From positions 766-64,765 of the forward strand of contig CAZSJY010000001.1 in assembly GCA_964607375.1 (NCBI GenBank): a stretch of 64,000 nt of DNA. Reading direction: 5' to 3'. Shown here piece by piece: positions 29,162-39,141 of the stretch (position 1 is its first letter; every line of letters starts with the position of its first letter). This DNA comes from an uncultured bacterium (GTDB taxonomy: Bacteria; Fidelibacterota; Marinisomatia; SCGC-AAA003-L08; JACNLC01). Below the pieces are notes generated by a model. The model had not been told where the DNA came from, ran no database searches, and saw only the letters and a program-made list of their open reading frames with translations. The translations under genes and the position numbers were made by a program.

Positions 29162-32100
29162 TTAAAAATCAATTCTAATACCTAGTCTAATTTGTCTAGG
29201 TGCACTATAATTTTCAGTATTAGCAACTCTCGATTCATATAGCTGAGAAGCAAACTCTGGTCCTCCGAGAGCTTCATTTAGCCAAGATTCTCCACCCTGA
29301 GTTGTTAAATATCCGTCGTTATTTGGAAGGCCAGTAGAATTATAAACAGCAATTGCATTTTGTTCATCTAGTACATTTTCTATCCATAGATATGTTCTAA
29401 ATGTCCAGTTTGCTACTTTAAAACTCTTTTCAAATTTCAAATCCAGATTTACTACTGAAGGCATTGTTCCAGAATTCAGTGCTGCAGTTGGTTGATAAGC
29501 TAAGCTTCCTCCAAATATCTCTGATCTTGGTTTTGATGGAGTATATCGTAATCCACTACCAAACCTAAACAGAAGGTTTATCCCTGAATTCTTCAAAAAT
29601 CTGTTTTGAGAGGTTGTTCTATAGTCAAACGAAATGTTTCCAGTGTGTCTTTGGTCAAAATCTAACGGAGATATAAATGTTGGATAATTACCACCCAACC
29701 AAGCAATAGTATATTGACCTCCAGAATTTGATCCTGTACCACCTGCATATTGTAAAGTATAATTAGCATCAATTTGCATCCCTTTTAAACGGCGAGTGTG
29801 CAGAGAAAGACTTAATCCTTTTACAGAACCATAATCACCATTAACAAATAAAGCATAGCTTGTTGGTCTTGCAGAAATGTTTCTTATTTGAACGTAGTCT
29901 GTCATTTGTTTATAGAACACCGTTGCATCTATACTAATTGCATCAGTCAACAATTGTTTAAATCCTATTTCATAAGCAGTTGTTTTAACAGGTTTAAGCT
30001 CTGGATTTTGAGATGTTGTGTAATTACCTTGTTGAATGTTTGATAAAAACCGTGTATAGCTTAAAAATAAACGATTTAGTTCTGGTTGTTGCACATATTT
30101 GCCATATTGAGCGTGGAATACTGTTTTGTCGGTAACAGGGAACGCTAAACCAATTCGAGGACTCCATAAATTACTAATATCCGCTGGTACCCTGTGTGGT
30201 AATCCTGTTGAATCACTAATGGTTGGTTTGCTTGCAGTATACTCGTGAGTTTCCTGTGCGCCATCACCATCAGCATCGTCCCAATAAACTGTTCCTGCTA
30301 TACTGCCAGCATCGTCGATTACAATGTTAGTATTTCCACCTGTTTCTGGATTAAATATCTTGTTTGCAGGATTTATATAATCGTATCGTAAACCCAATGT
30401 CATGATAAGATCGTCAAGTTCAAACTTATCTTGCAGATACCAGCTTGCCATAACTGGTTTTCTTGCAGCATCAAGTCCATCATCTACTTCTTTTTGTCCA
30501 GTAATATCGTACCCTACATTTTCAGCGTATGATGCTTTAAGTCCCTGGAAAATATAGTTATCCCAATAGTCTGAATAAGAAAATTCTCCTGAATTGTAAA
30601 GAGATTCTGCAATTTCCATGTCGTCTTCTGTTCCATAGATACCATCTTCACCAAAATATGGATCTCCGTTTTCATCAATAGGGTTCCAAGAATCAGAACC
30701 GTTTTGCAAATAGTCATAAATATCATCTGGTTGGTTTTGAACTACAGCCCCAAGCGAATCTATATATCCATTTCTGTCTTGTAATTCTGAAAATGGGGGA
30801 GAATTATTAAAATAGCTAGCCATCCTTTCTGCTGCTCTAATTCGGTAATATCTAATCGTGTTGTTTCTTAACTCAAACCCTGTTTTTAATTCATGTTTTC
30901 CTAGTTGCCAAGTTAAATTCCCCTTAAAGGTATTGTGTTGTGAAAATTCCTTTTCATATAAACCTGAGTTGTAGCCAGCAACAGAATAGTTTGCAATCCC
31001 AATACTTGAAGCAGGTAAACTTCCGGGATTTGAATACATTGGATTTACCCATACCGTGTCCCCATAAATAGTTCCAATATAAGTATAATTCTGGTTATCA
31101 TTCCAATAATCAAATTCGTAAGTGTTAAGCGTGCTGTCGTTTTCTGAATATGAATAGGTACTGTCAGTATATAGCCAAGTTGGATTGAAATAATCTGCTT
31201 CTTTACCTATTTGTATAAATGGGATTTCAAAATCAGATACAGTTCCATCATCGTATATAAACCTGCCAAATCCATCTTTAAGGACTGGATCATATCTTTC
31301 ATAAGAATCTGTGAAATGGCTATATTGGAGCCCAAAAAATAATTTTTCAACACCAGGTATATTCCCGTATAGCTTAATCATCGATGTCCCTGTTGTTGAT
31401 TCGTTAATGTTATATCTATGTTTAAGTTCTCCTGTTAATCCTATTTCATTTTCATCACTGGCATCGTTGTAAAAAGAAAACAGGTTTCTCGAATGATAAT
31501 AATCCGTTGCTAATTTATTGTAGTAGCTTGTGTTTAGTTTTAGTTTCCAGGCAAGATTAGTAAAAGGCTTTAGATCGAAGAGTAGATTACCAATGAAAGT
31601 ATTTTGGTATAGAAAATTATCAACTTTTGGACCATACATAAATTGAATTAATGAATCATCTACTGCTAAATAAGGTTGATATTGTCCATTTCCATCCGCA
31701 TCAACATAACTTTCTCCAACATCATAGACATTGTTTCCATTTTCATCTGTAAAAGTTTCATTTGTAATAGGAATTCCTGTCGAAGAAATATCTCCTGTAT
31801 AAACAGCAAAACTTCCAGATGACGGATCGGCATCTAACATTGACTTATGTTCGTATGACCCAAAATATTTAATAAAGCCAAGCTTTGGTACAGGTCCGCC
31901 AATTGTTGCTGAAAACAAGTTTTCTCCATAGGAATACGCGAGGGGTTTGTCAGATTCTATAGTTGGATTGTTCGGTAAAAATCCATCACTAAAAGCTTCC
32001 AAAGAAAAATGAAACTCTTCACCTCCAGTTTTGGTAGTAACATTCACTATACCAGCATTAGCGTCGCCATATTCTGCACCAAAACCACCAATCTGCATAG

Positions 32101-32734
32101 AAATTTCATCCATAGCTAAAGTTGGAACATCTCCAGATCTATCCAAGTTATATGGATTATTCATGTAAACCCCATCAACATAAAACGCTGTTTCATCGCT
32201 GCGCCCACCCCTAACATGCATATTCTCGTCATCATCTACAACAACACCAGTCTGCATTGATGCTACATTAGTATAGCCTCTAATTGGGAGGTTCTGTATT
32301 TGCTCGCTTTGCACTGCCCTAACTTCGTTTGTAGCACCTCGCTCGAACAGCGGTCTCTTTGCAGTTACTATTATTATATCTCCTTCTATTGTAGATTCTG
32401 TCATCAACAAGTCTAGTTTTGTAGTTATGTCGCTGGTGATTCTAACATTTTTAGTAATGAGTTTAGAATATCCTATATAGCTAGAGGAAACTTCGTAGAT
32501 TCCTGGTGGAACTTGTAAAATAGTATATTCTCCATCTACGTCGGTTGCAGCTCCTAAACTCGTTCCAATAATCATGACATTAGCCCCAATGATAGGCAAA
32601 TCTTCTTTGTTGGTAATTTTACCTTTAATTTTACCCAGGTTTCCAGCAAAAGTTGTTGTTGTTATTAGTGGAATGAGAAGAAGATTAATAAAAACTGTAT
32701 AATATATTCTATTTTTTATTAAAGTGTGTTTCAT
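29162..32734 (-). CDS. TonB-dependent receptor-like outer-membrane barrel with N-terminal carboxypeptidase-regulatory-like domain
   Basis: GKIKGKITNKEDLPIIGANVMIIGTSLGAATDVDGEYTILQVPPGIYEV (CarboxypepD_reg). Plug MHVRGGRSDETAFYVDGV. Long beta-barrel region. Terminal RLGIRIDF. Confidence 0.85.
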   Translation of the reverse strand: MKHTLIKNRIYYTVFINLLLIPLITTTTFAGNLGKIKGKITNKEDLPIIGANVMIIGTSLGAATDVDGEYTILQVPPGIYEVSSSYIGYSKLITKNVRITSDITTKLDLLMTESTIEGDIIIVTAKRPLFERGATNEVRAVQSEQIQNLPIRGYTNVASMQTGVVVDDDENMHVRGGRSDETAFYVDGVYMNNPYNLDRSGDVPTLAMDEISMQIGGFGAEYGDANAGIVNVTTKTGGEEFHFSLEAFSDGFLPNNPTIESDKPLAYSYGENLFSATIGGPVPKLGFIKYFGSYEHKSMLDADPSSGSFAVYTGDISSTGIPITNETFTDENGNNVYDVGESYVDADGNGQYQPYLAVDDSLIQFMYGPKVDNFLYQNTFIGNLLFDLKPFTNLAWKLKLNTSYYNKLATDYYHSRNLFSFYNDASDENEIGLTGELKHRYNINESTTGTSMIKLYGNIPGVEKLFFGLQYSHFTDSYERYDPVLKDGFGRFIYDDGTVSDFEIPFIQIGKEADYFNPTWLYTDSTYSYSENDSTLNTYEFDYWNDNQNYTYIGTIYGDTVWVNPMYSNPGSLPASSIGIANYSVAGYNSGLYEKEFSQHNTFKGNLTWQLGKHELKTGFELRNNTIRYYRIRAAERMASYFNNSPPFSELQDRNGYIDSLGAVVQNQPDDIYDYLQNGSDSWNPIDENGDPYFGEDGIYGTEDDMEIAESLYNSGEFSYSDYWDNYIFQGLKASYAENVGYDITGQKEVDDGLDAARKPVMASWYLQDKFELDDLIMTLGLRYDYINPANKIFNPETGGNTNIVIDDAGSIAGTVYWDDADGDGAQETHEYTASKPTISDSTGLPHRVPADISNLWSPRIGLAFPVTDKTVFHAQYGKYVQQPELNRLFLSYTRFLSNIQQGNYTTSQNPELKPVKTTAYEIGFKQLLTDAISIDATVFYKQMTDYVQIRNISARPTSYALFVNGDYGSVKGLSLSLHTRRLKGMQIDANYTLQYAGGTGSNSGGQYTIAWLGGNYPTFISPLDFDQRHTGNISFDYRTTSQNRFLKNSGINLLFRFGSGLRYTPSKPRSEIFGGSLAYQPTAALNSGTMPSVVNLDLKFEKSFKVANWTFRTYLWIENVLDEQNAIAVYNSTGLPNNDGYLTTQGGESWLNEALGGPEFASQLYESRVANTENYSAPRQIRLGIRIDF

Positions 32735-32861
32735 ACGCTAAACCTTGAATTTGTAGTTAAAAAGAACGCAAAGAATTTCAATATAATCTTTGTTAAAAGT
32801 CAACACTTTTTATGTTTTTTATTGCTTGGTTGTTATAATTGCTGTGTTTTACATTATCTTT

Positions 32862-34460
32862 ATGCTATTACTTTCTTTTCTGTCGCTTGGTTTTGCTATT
32901 CCTAACATTACTATTTCTGAAGTAATGGTCAATCTAGAAGGAAACGACTCTCCAAATGAGTTCGTAGAAATATATAATTGTTCTGATTCAACTATTAACC
33001 TTGCAGGATGGAAAATATCTGATTTAATGTCTGAAGATAATATTATCGGAGAAGAACTTCAAATTCCACCAAGTTGTTATGCTGTAGTTTTTGAAGGGGA
33101 TTATGATGGAGTTTTATATCACAACTTAATTGCTGAAGATGCATATATTCTATTTGTTGACGGACTTACCATTGGAAATAATTTGAATAATACTGCGGAC
33201 TCGCTGTTTTTGATTTCAAACTTGGAAGATACTGTTTCTAGCATGGGGTGGAACACAGGAATTCAAGAAGGTTACTCTCTAGAAAAAGTCGTTCTAGATT
33301 ATCCAAACACAGCTCTAAATTGGCGTATCGGTTTGGATTCTCTTGGAACTCCTGGTTTTCAAAATAGTGTTGCTGGGTTTTCTTCTGATGTTAGTATTGA
33401 TTCTGTTTGGAATACACCGCTTTTCCCAAAACCGAATGAAATCACAACCATTTATATTTCTTTGACAAATGTTGGGCTAACTGAAGTGTCTACCAGCTTG
33501 TTTGTTGATGATGAATTCGTAACTTCGGTAAATCTATTTTCACAAGAAAACAATATAATTGAAATGCTAAACCATCAATTTGACCCTGGAGCTTTTTGTT
33601 TTCAATTTCATATTCAGACTGAAGGTGATTATAATCAAACAAATGATTCTCTTGGTCATACAATAAAAGTCGAATACAATTATCACAATGTACTGATTAA
33701 TGAAATTATGTATGACCCACTTTCTGGTGCCCCAGAATGGGTTGAGATAGTTAACATATCTGATGAAGTTATCAACCTAAACGGATGGATGATTTCAGAT
33801 GATGGAATTTATGAAAGTGGACTTTTTAGTATTAACAATATCCAAACGAATGGTTTCGCTGTAATTTCAAAAGACTCTCTTTTGAATAACTCAGTTTTTC
33901 AGCTAGATTTTCCAACACTCAATAACTCTGGTGACGATGTGTATCTTTTCGATCTTACAGGAAAAATGATAGACCATGTTCACTACAGTCCTAATTGGGG
34001 TGGTGGAGATGGATTTTCACTTGAGAGAGTTTCATATTTCCTAGACTCTAACAATCCCGAAAATTGGGGTACATCAGTTTCCGCTGTGGGTGCAACTCCG
34101 AATGAAGAAAACTCTTTGTTTGTTGAAACTATTCAAGTTGAGGGTTCTATAGTACTTTCACCAAATCCGTTTTCTCCTAATGATGATGGGTTTGAAGATG
34201 AGCTCATAATTGCATATCAATTACCGTTTACATTGGCAGTTATGAAGGCGGATATTTATGATTCGAAAGGACGAAAGGTTGCTTCTCTGAAAAATGGTGA
34301 ACGAGTAGGGATGGAAGGAATTATTCGATGGGATGGCAAAATGTCCACCGGTAAAAAATGTAGGGTTGGTCAATACTTACTTTTACTAGAAGCTACTGGT
34401 TCTTATTCTAGTGAAACATGGAGAGTTGTTGAAAGAATAATTTTAGCAAAAAAACTATAA
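32862..34460 (+). CDS. Secreted protein with two lamin-tail (LTD) domains and a FlgD-Ig-like C-terminal domain
   Basis: ISEVMVNLEGNDSPNEFVEIYNCSDSTINLAGWKISD and LINEIMYDPLSGAPEWVEIVNISDEVINLNGWMISDD. C-terminal SPNPFSPNDDGFEDELIIAYQLP...DIYDSKGRKV...WDGK. Start ambiguous (TTG 32790 or ATG 32862). Confidence 0.7.
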   Translation: MLLLSFLSLGFAIPNITISEVMVNLEGNDSPNEFVEIYNCSDSTINLAGWKISDLMSEDNIIGEELQIPPSCYAVVFEGDYDGVLYHNLIAEDAYILFVDGLTIGNNLNNTADSLFLISNLEDTVSSMGWNTGIQEGYSLEKVVLDYPNTALNWRIGLDSLGTPGFQNSVAGFSSDVSIDSVWNTPLFPKPNEITTIYISLTNVGLTEVSTSLFVDDEFVTSVNLFSQENNIIEMLNHQFDPGAFCFQFHIQTEGDYNQTNDSLGHTIKVEYNYHNVLINEIMYDPLSGAPEWVEIVNISDEVINLNGWMISDDGIYESGLFSINNIQTNGFAVISKDSLLNNSVFQLDFPTLNNSGDDVYLFDLTGKMIDHVHYSPNWGGGDGFSLERVSYFLDSNNPENWGTSVSAVGATPNEENSLFVETIQVEGSIVLSPNPFSPNDDGFEDELIIAYQLPFTLAVMKADIYDSKGRKVASLKNGERVGMEGIIRWDGKMSTGKKCRVGQYLLLLEATGSYSSETWRVVERIILAKKL

Positions 34461-34493
34461 AACTCACGTGAGAAATATTTTTTAGGGATTTTT

Positions 34494-35654
34494 TTAGAAT
34501 GAAATTCCAGCAGCTATAAATACTTGACTCGTTCGTCTTTCATTGAGAACTTCATTCTCAAATCCTGCAAAAGCTCCATCTTCAAGTTGAGGAAATGTAA
34601 ATGCTGCTCCGATTGTTGCATCCACAATCAATACTCGTCCACTCAATCCGATAGTTACAGATGTATGTGATAATTGTGAGTTTGGAACGAAAGCATTGTT
34701 TTCGTTCAACAAAAATTCATTGCCTTCCCAATCTGTTATTGCGGAGTGTTTAACTCCTATTCTGAAAGTGCCGTGAGCTAACCATCCCAAACGAAGAAAT
34801 TCTGCTTCTAATCCAATATGAACATTGTTGTAAGATAGATCATCTTCTATATTTTCTAAATCACCAGGGTTTTCGAATGAACTGATTTCAAAAGTTGGAA
34901 TGATATCGCCAATCAGATATTTGATGATAGGAATATTTGGAATTCGCAGTGCAGTGCCGATGCGAAATTTAGTTGGTACAGCAAACTGAGTTGAGTGTGT
35001 TTCTATCTCGTCGTTGGGATAATTGAAATCAATTGTCAGCTTTGAAGCAAGCACGTCTTGCATCACCAAACCTAACGACAACAATTTTCCTCTATACAAT
35101 AAGCCAAGGTTTATACCTCCTCCAACTCCTCTACCAGTTGAATAGATAGTAGTTTCTTCTAAGCCAATTCTCGACTCTTTGTATTTAGGAAACGCAAGCT
35201 TTATGCTGGTTCCAATTGAAAGTTTTTTGCCAAACTTTTTAGATAATCCAAATGAAAAAAGGGGCAGATTTTTCTCGTTTATATTGTTTTCTATAATAGT
35301 AGTAGTGTGGTCGAGGAAAAACCCCAAACTCTTATTTTTGGATGTCACCGCAACTACGCCTCTTACTTTGATTGTCTGTTCTCTTACAATATGAATTTTA
35401 GTTGTATCTTCTGGGTGTACAATTGCTCCAAGATATCCTGTAAAACCACCTTCTTGAAATGATAATCCAGCAGGATTATACATTAATGCATTTTCATCAT
35501 CTGAAATTGCTGTGAATGCACCTCCTAACAAAGCAGGTCTAACTCCATTTACAAAATACCCTCTATCCCAAAATATTTTAGTAACCTCTGTTTGAGAAAA
35601 TACTATGGAAAATAATGCAAATAACAACACCATATAAAACATTAACTTTTTCAT
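34494..35654 (-). CDS. PorV/PorQ-like outer-membrane beta-barrel protein (second copy)
   Basis: Signal peptide. RPALLGGAFTAISDDENALMYNPAGLSF signature. C-terminal ...AAGISF. Confidence 0.55.
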   Translation of the reverse strand: MKKLMFYMVLLFALFSIVFSQTEVTKIFWDRGYFVNGVRPALLGGAFTAISDDENALMYNPAGLSFQEGGFTGYLGAIVHPEDTTKIHIVREQTIKVRGVVAVTSKNKSLGFFLDHTTTIIENNINEKNLPLFSFGLSKKFGKKLSIGTSIKLAFPKYKESRIGLEETTIYSTGRGVGGGINLGLLYRGKLLSLGLVMQDVLASKLTIDFNYPNDEIETHSTQFAVPTKFRIGTALRIPNIPIIKYLIGDIIPTFEISSFENPGDLENIEDDLSYNNVHIGLEAEFLRLGWLAHGTFRIGVKHSAITDWEGNEFLLNENNAFVPNSQLSHTSVTIGLSGRVLIVDATIGAAFTFPQLEDGAFAGFENEVLNERRTSQVFIAAGISF

Positions 35655-35738
35655 TCTAATTCCTTCCATTAAACAAAATTTGTGGAATTTAACACTTTTT
35701 TCTCCATTAATCTAACTGTTTTTACTTAATCTACTAAT

Positions 35739-36677
35739 ATGGTTTTCGATAAAATTAAGGTGATTGAACAATTTCCGTGGTTAAATGAACATAATCTGCG
35801 CTTCATAATTTCAGCTGATTACGACGGATTATTGTGTGCTTCTTTTCTACACCATCACTTGGGATGGAAGTTGGAAGGATTCTACGATCTGCAAAATTTA
35901 TGGATTTCAAAAAATGGAATCCAAAATCGGAAAGATATTGTTTGGGTGGATCTAAACATTCTTCCTAAACAAGGGCGTGCTATTGGTGGGCATATTGTTT
36001 CTGTGGACGGTGAAATACCAAAAGGATTCGGTTCGTCTTGCAATCCAAATATTTTAGCTGGTTTGACCATAAAAGATTTTATTAAAAAATACCCATTTTC
36101 TACAATTATATTTTTGTTGTGGTTACATAATATCAAAATTGAGAATACCTTATTAACCCGTTTGTTGGTTTTACATTCAGATTCAGTTTGGCTAAAAGTG
36201 CAAAATTTCCCAGACAATGTTAAGGTTTGGAAAAAACGAATGCCTGATTTTCAATGGGATTTGCTCTTAAAAAATGTTCATACAAAAACTTTTGAGAAAA
36301 GAATTGACCAAATCCTTTACCCAGAACTTAAAGAAATTGGAGCAATTTCCCAATACAGCAAACTCACAAGTAAACACCTAAATATCAAAAGTCGTCAATT
36401 TCAGTTTAATCCAGATTGGGACGATGATGTCGTGCTGAAATTATTGCATCTTTTTGGAAATACGCTGAAATGGACGCCACCAGCTTTGCCATCTATTTCA
36501 AAACGAATTGAAGGAAGTCGTAACAAAGTGTCCGTTGCTAATGTAAACAAGCTTGGGCTTAACGCTTTTCTGAAACAAAACAGAGTATTTTCGTATGCTA
36601 TTCCTTCGCCAAAAGTTTTCAATTTCACAACATTCGGATTAGTTAACAAATCTCCAATGACCAATGAAAAATTGTAA
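35739..36677 (+). CDS. Hypothetical protein (312 aa), no recognised family
   Basis: Clean ORF. Its stop is immediately followed by the pabB-like ATG (36678). Only vague DxDG-like motif ISADYDGLLCA. Confidence 0.5.
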   Translation: MVFDKIKVIEQFPWLNEHNLRFIISADYDGLLCASFLHHHLGWKLEGFYDLQNLWISKNGIQNRKDIVWVDLNILPKQGRAIGGHIVSVDGEIPKGFGSSCNPNILAGLTIKDFIKKYPFSTIIFLLWLHNIKIENTLLTRLLVLHSDSVWLKVQNFPDNVKVWKKRMPDFQWDLLLKNVHTKTFEKRIDQILYPELKEIGAISQYSKLTSKHLNIKSRQFQFNPDWDDDVVLKLLHLFGNTLKWTPPALPSISKRIEGSRNKVSVANVNKLGLNAFLKQNRVFSYAIPSPKVFNFTTFGLVNKSPMTNEKL

Positions 36678-37907
36678 ATGACAGAAATACAATCACTTAT
36701 TAAACAATTCGGGAAACCTGATGCTCTCATTGACCAATGGGAGAAAACCTCAGAAAGTTATGCAATATGGGGGTTTGATGAGATTATAGAATATTCTGCG
36801 GAAGGTTGTTTGTTAAATGGGAAATCAATAGAAGAAAACCCTCTACATGTATTGCAAGAAACTGTCAATCGTTGGAAAAAGTATTCTGATACCATATCTG
36901 CATTAGGGTACATATCTTATGATTTTAAGGATTTTCTGTTTCCTCACAGGAATTTCAAGAAACAAAAAACTAATATACCCTTGTTTTGGTTTGGAAAACC
37001 ATCTAAAATTGAAGCATATAAAATTGAGAACTCCTTCACAAAAAGTGATTTATGCGTTTCTCTATCACAAATTCAAGATATCCCAGATTTATCAACTTAT
37101 GTAACTGATATCCAAACCATAAAAGATTACTTGAAAGCAGGTGATGCTTACCAAATAAATTATACGCATTCTAAGAAATTTAAACTAAACGGACATTCGT
37201 TTGACTTATATTTAAAGTTACGCAAATTTGCGAAACCGAGCTTTGGGTATTTTTTAAATCTTAAAAATTATCAGATAATTTCTTTATCTCCAGAAAGATT
37301 TGTCAGAAGACAGGGTAGTAAAATTGATACTTTTCCAATAAAAGGTACTCGACCTCGTTCAGAAAATCCTGTAAAAGACAAACAACTCTCTGATGAACTT
37401 TTTAATAGCAAAAAAGATCGTGCTGAACATTTAATGATTGTAGATTTATTGCGGAATGATATTGGAAAAATTTGCAAATTTGGTACTGTTAAAATTGATA
37501 AACTTTACAATATTGAATCTTTTGAAACCGTTCACCATATGGTCACTCGGGTTTATGGAGATTTGAAGACAGATGTTAAAGAAACAGATATTTTCAACGC
37601 GATGTTTCCCGGTGGCTCGATAACTGGGGCGCCAAAAGAACGAGCGTTGGAAATTATTGACGAATTAGAAAATAGAACTCGAGGTATTTATACCGGCTCA
37701 ATTGGGTTTATCAAACCAAATGGTGATTTAGATTTTAACATTGCAATTCGTACTATGACGGTAGAAAATAACATAGGAACTTATGGAGTTGGTGGCGGAA
37801 TCGTTTGGGACTCACAGCCCTTAGAAGAATGGAAAGAAGCCCATCAAAAAGGGGCTATATTGAAAAAAAATATCAATCTAATAATGGAAAAGTTATATGA
37901 AACATGA
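36678..37907 (+). CDS. pabB: Chorismate-utilising enzyme, aminodeoxychorismate/anthranilate synthase component I family (short form)
   Basis: [42 protein letters not shown]. Confidence 0.75.
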   Translation: MTEIQSLIKQFGKPDALIDQWEKTSESYAIWGFDEIIEYSAEGCLLNGKSIEENPLHVLQETVNRWKKYSDTISALGYISYDFKDFLFPHRNFKKQKTNIPLFWFGKPSKIEAYKIENSFTKSDLCVSLSQIQDIPDLSTYVTDIQTIKDYLKAGDAYQINYTHSKKFKLNGHSFDLYLKLRKFAKPSFGYFLNLKNYQIISLSPERFVRRQGSKIDTFPIKGTRPRSENPVKDKQLSDELFNSKKDRAEHLMIVDLLRNDIGKICKFGTVKIDKLYNIESFETVHHMVTRVYGDLKTDVKETDIFNAMFPGGSITGAPKERALEIIDELENRTRGIYTGSIGFIKPNGDLDFNIAIRTMTVENNIGTYGVGGGIVWDSQPLEEWKEAHQKGAILKKNINLIMEKLYET

Positions 37908-38337
37908 AAGTAATAATCCAAGAGTACCTTGGGAAGAATATTTTATGAATATCGCTAAAGAAATCGCTACACGAGCGACTTGTGATAGAAATCATGTTGG
38001 GGCTGTAATTGTAAGAGATAAAAATATTTTATCTACAGGATATAATGGAAGTATTAGTGGGCTTCCTCATTGCGATGAAAATGGGCACGAAATGGAAAAT
38101 GGGCATTGTGTGAGAACAATTCACGCAGAGGCTAATGCAATTGTCCAAGCAGCTCGTAATGGTGTTGGAATTGATGGTGCAGAAATTTATATTACTGCAT
38201 CTCCCTGCTATAATTGTTTCAAAATGATTGCCAATGCCGGGATAAAAAAAATTTATTATGGTAAGTTTTATCGCGATGAACGAATTAAAAAACACGCCAA
38301 AGAAATTGGAATAACACTAGTTCACTTAAATAAATAA
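37897..38337 (+). CDS. Deoxycytidylate (dCMP) deaminase
   Basis: Zinc motifs HAEANAI and PCYNCFKMI. 146 aa. Confidence 0.85.
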   Translation: MKHESNNPRVPWEEYFMNIAKEIATRATCDRNHVGAVIVRDKNILSTGYNGSISGLPHCDENGHEMENGHCVRTIHAEANAIVQAARNGVGIDGAEIYITASPCYNCFKMIANAGIKKIYYGKFYRDERIKKHAKEIGITLVHLNK

Positions 38338-38346
38338 GGAAATGTT

Positions 38347-39141
38347 ATGTTAAAAAACTCAGCAATTTTATGGATTATAGCAATTATTTTTACATTATCC
38401 TTTGTGATTTATCAGAAAAAAACCGGTCCAACCTATCCGGTTAAAGGAACTAAAACAATAAATGGCTATGAATGTACATTTAAATTGATTCGTAGTGAAG
38501 ATGTTGGGGTGGATGTACCCGTTGTTGTTTCTGTGCAGGATTCTTCAATAACTGGATACTTCAGACATAAACGATTTAGAAGCCACGACAACTGGTCTAG
38601 TATTCCTATGGTTTGGGAAAATGGTAGCCTTGTTGGTAAACTTCCAGCTTTAAGTGAGCTTGCTGGAAAACGAATATATGAAGTTTATATCAATAATACT
38701 TCATTAACTGAAGTACCTGTAATTATTCGTTTTAAAGGGCATGTCCCTCGGACGATTTTGTATCCACACATCTTATTTATGGTTATTGCAATGTTATTAT
38801 CAACTCGCACAGGACTTGAAGCTTTGTTTAGAAATATAAGTACCTACAAAATGGCGTATGTCACTACCGTTTCTTTGTTTGTGGGGGGAATTATTCTTGG
38901 TCCAATTGTCCAGAAATTTGCATTTGACGCATATTGGACGGGTTGGCCATGGGGTCACGATTTAACTGACAATAAAACCATCGTCGCAATGATTATGTGG
39001 TTTATTGCCTTTTTTCGATTGAGAAGTAGACCAAGTAGTCGTTGGGTAGTATTAACAGCTACTTTAGTTTTAATAGCAGTTTATTTAGTTCCACACAGTG
39101 CATTAGGTTCAGAATTTGACTATACAGCTGTTTCTCAATAA
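38347..39141 (+). CDS. Integral membrane protein of unknown function
   Basis: N-terminal TM helix, ~130-aa extracytoplasmic segment, then about four hydrophobic helices. W-rich loop YWTGWPWGHDLTDNK. Confidence 0.5.
   Translation: MLKNSAILWIIAIIFTLSFVIYQKKTGPTYPVKGTKTINGYECTFKLIRSEDVGVDVPVVVSVQDSSITGYFRHKRFRSHDNWSSIPMVWENGSLVGKLPALSELAGKRIYEVYINNTSLTEVPVIIRFKGHVPRTILYPHILFMVIAMLLSTRTGLEALFRNISTYKMAYVTTVSLFVGGIILGPIVQKFAFDAYWTGWPWGHDLTDNKTIVAMIMWFIAFFRLRSRPSSRWVVLTATLVLIAVYLVPHSALGSEFDYTAVSQ

Noticed and set aside
34463-34472. CTCACGTGAG palindrome in the 33-bp gap between the LTD gene and the PorQ-like gene. It shares the CACGTG core with the palindrome at 46710.
   Set aside because: It is only 10 bp, and CACGTG is expected several times by chance in the window. 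The stem is too short for a terminator.
38347-39141. The W-rich loop YWTGWPWGHDLTDNKTIVAMIMW of the membrane protein loosely resembles the CcsA/ResC heme-handling WWD motif (WGxYWxWDPKETW).
   Set aside because: Spacing and key residues (the DPKE block and conserved His positions) do not match convincingly. I cannot support a cytochrome c biogenesis call from the sequence alone.
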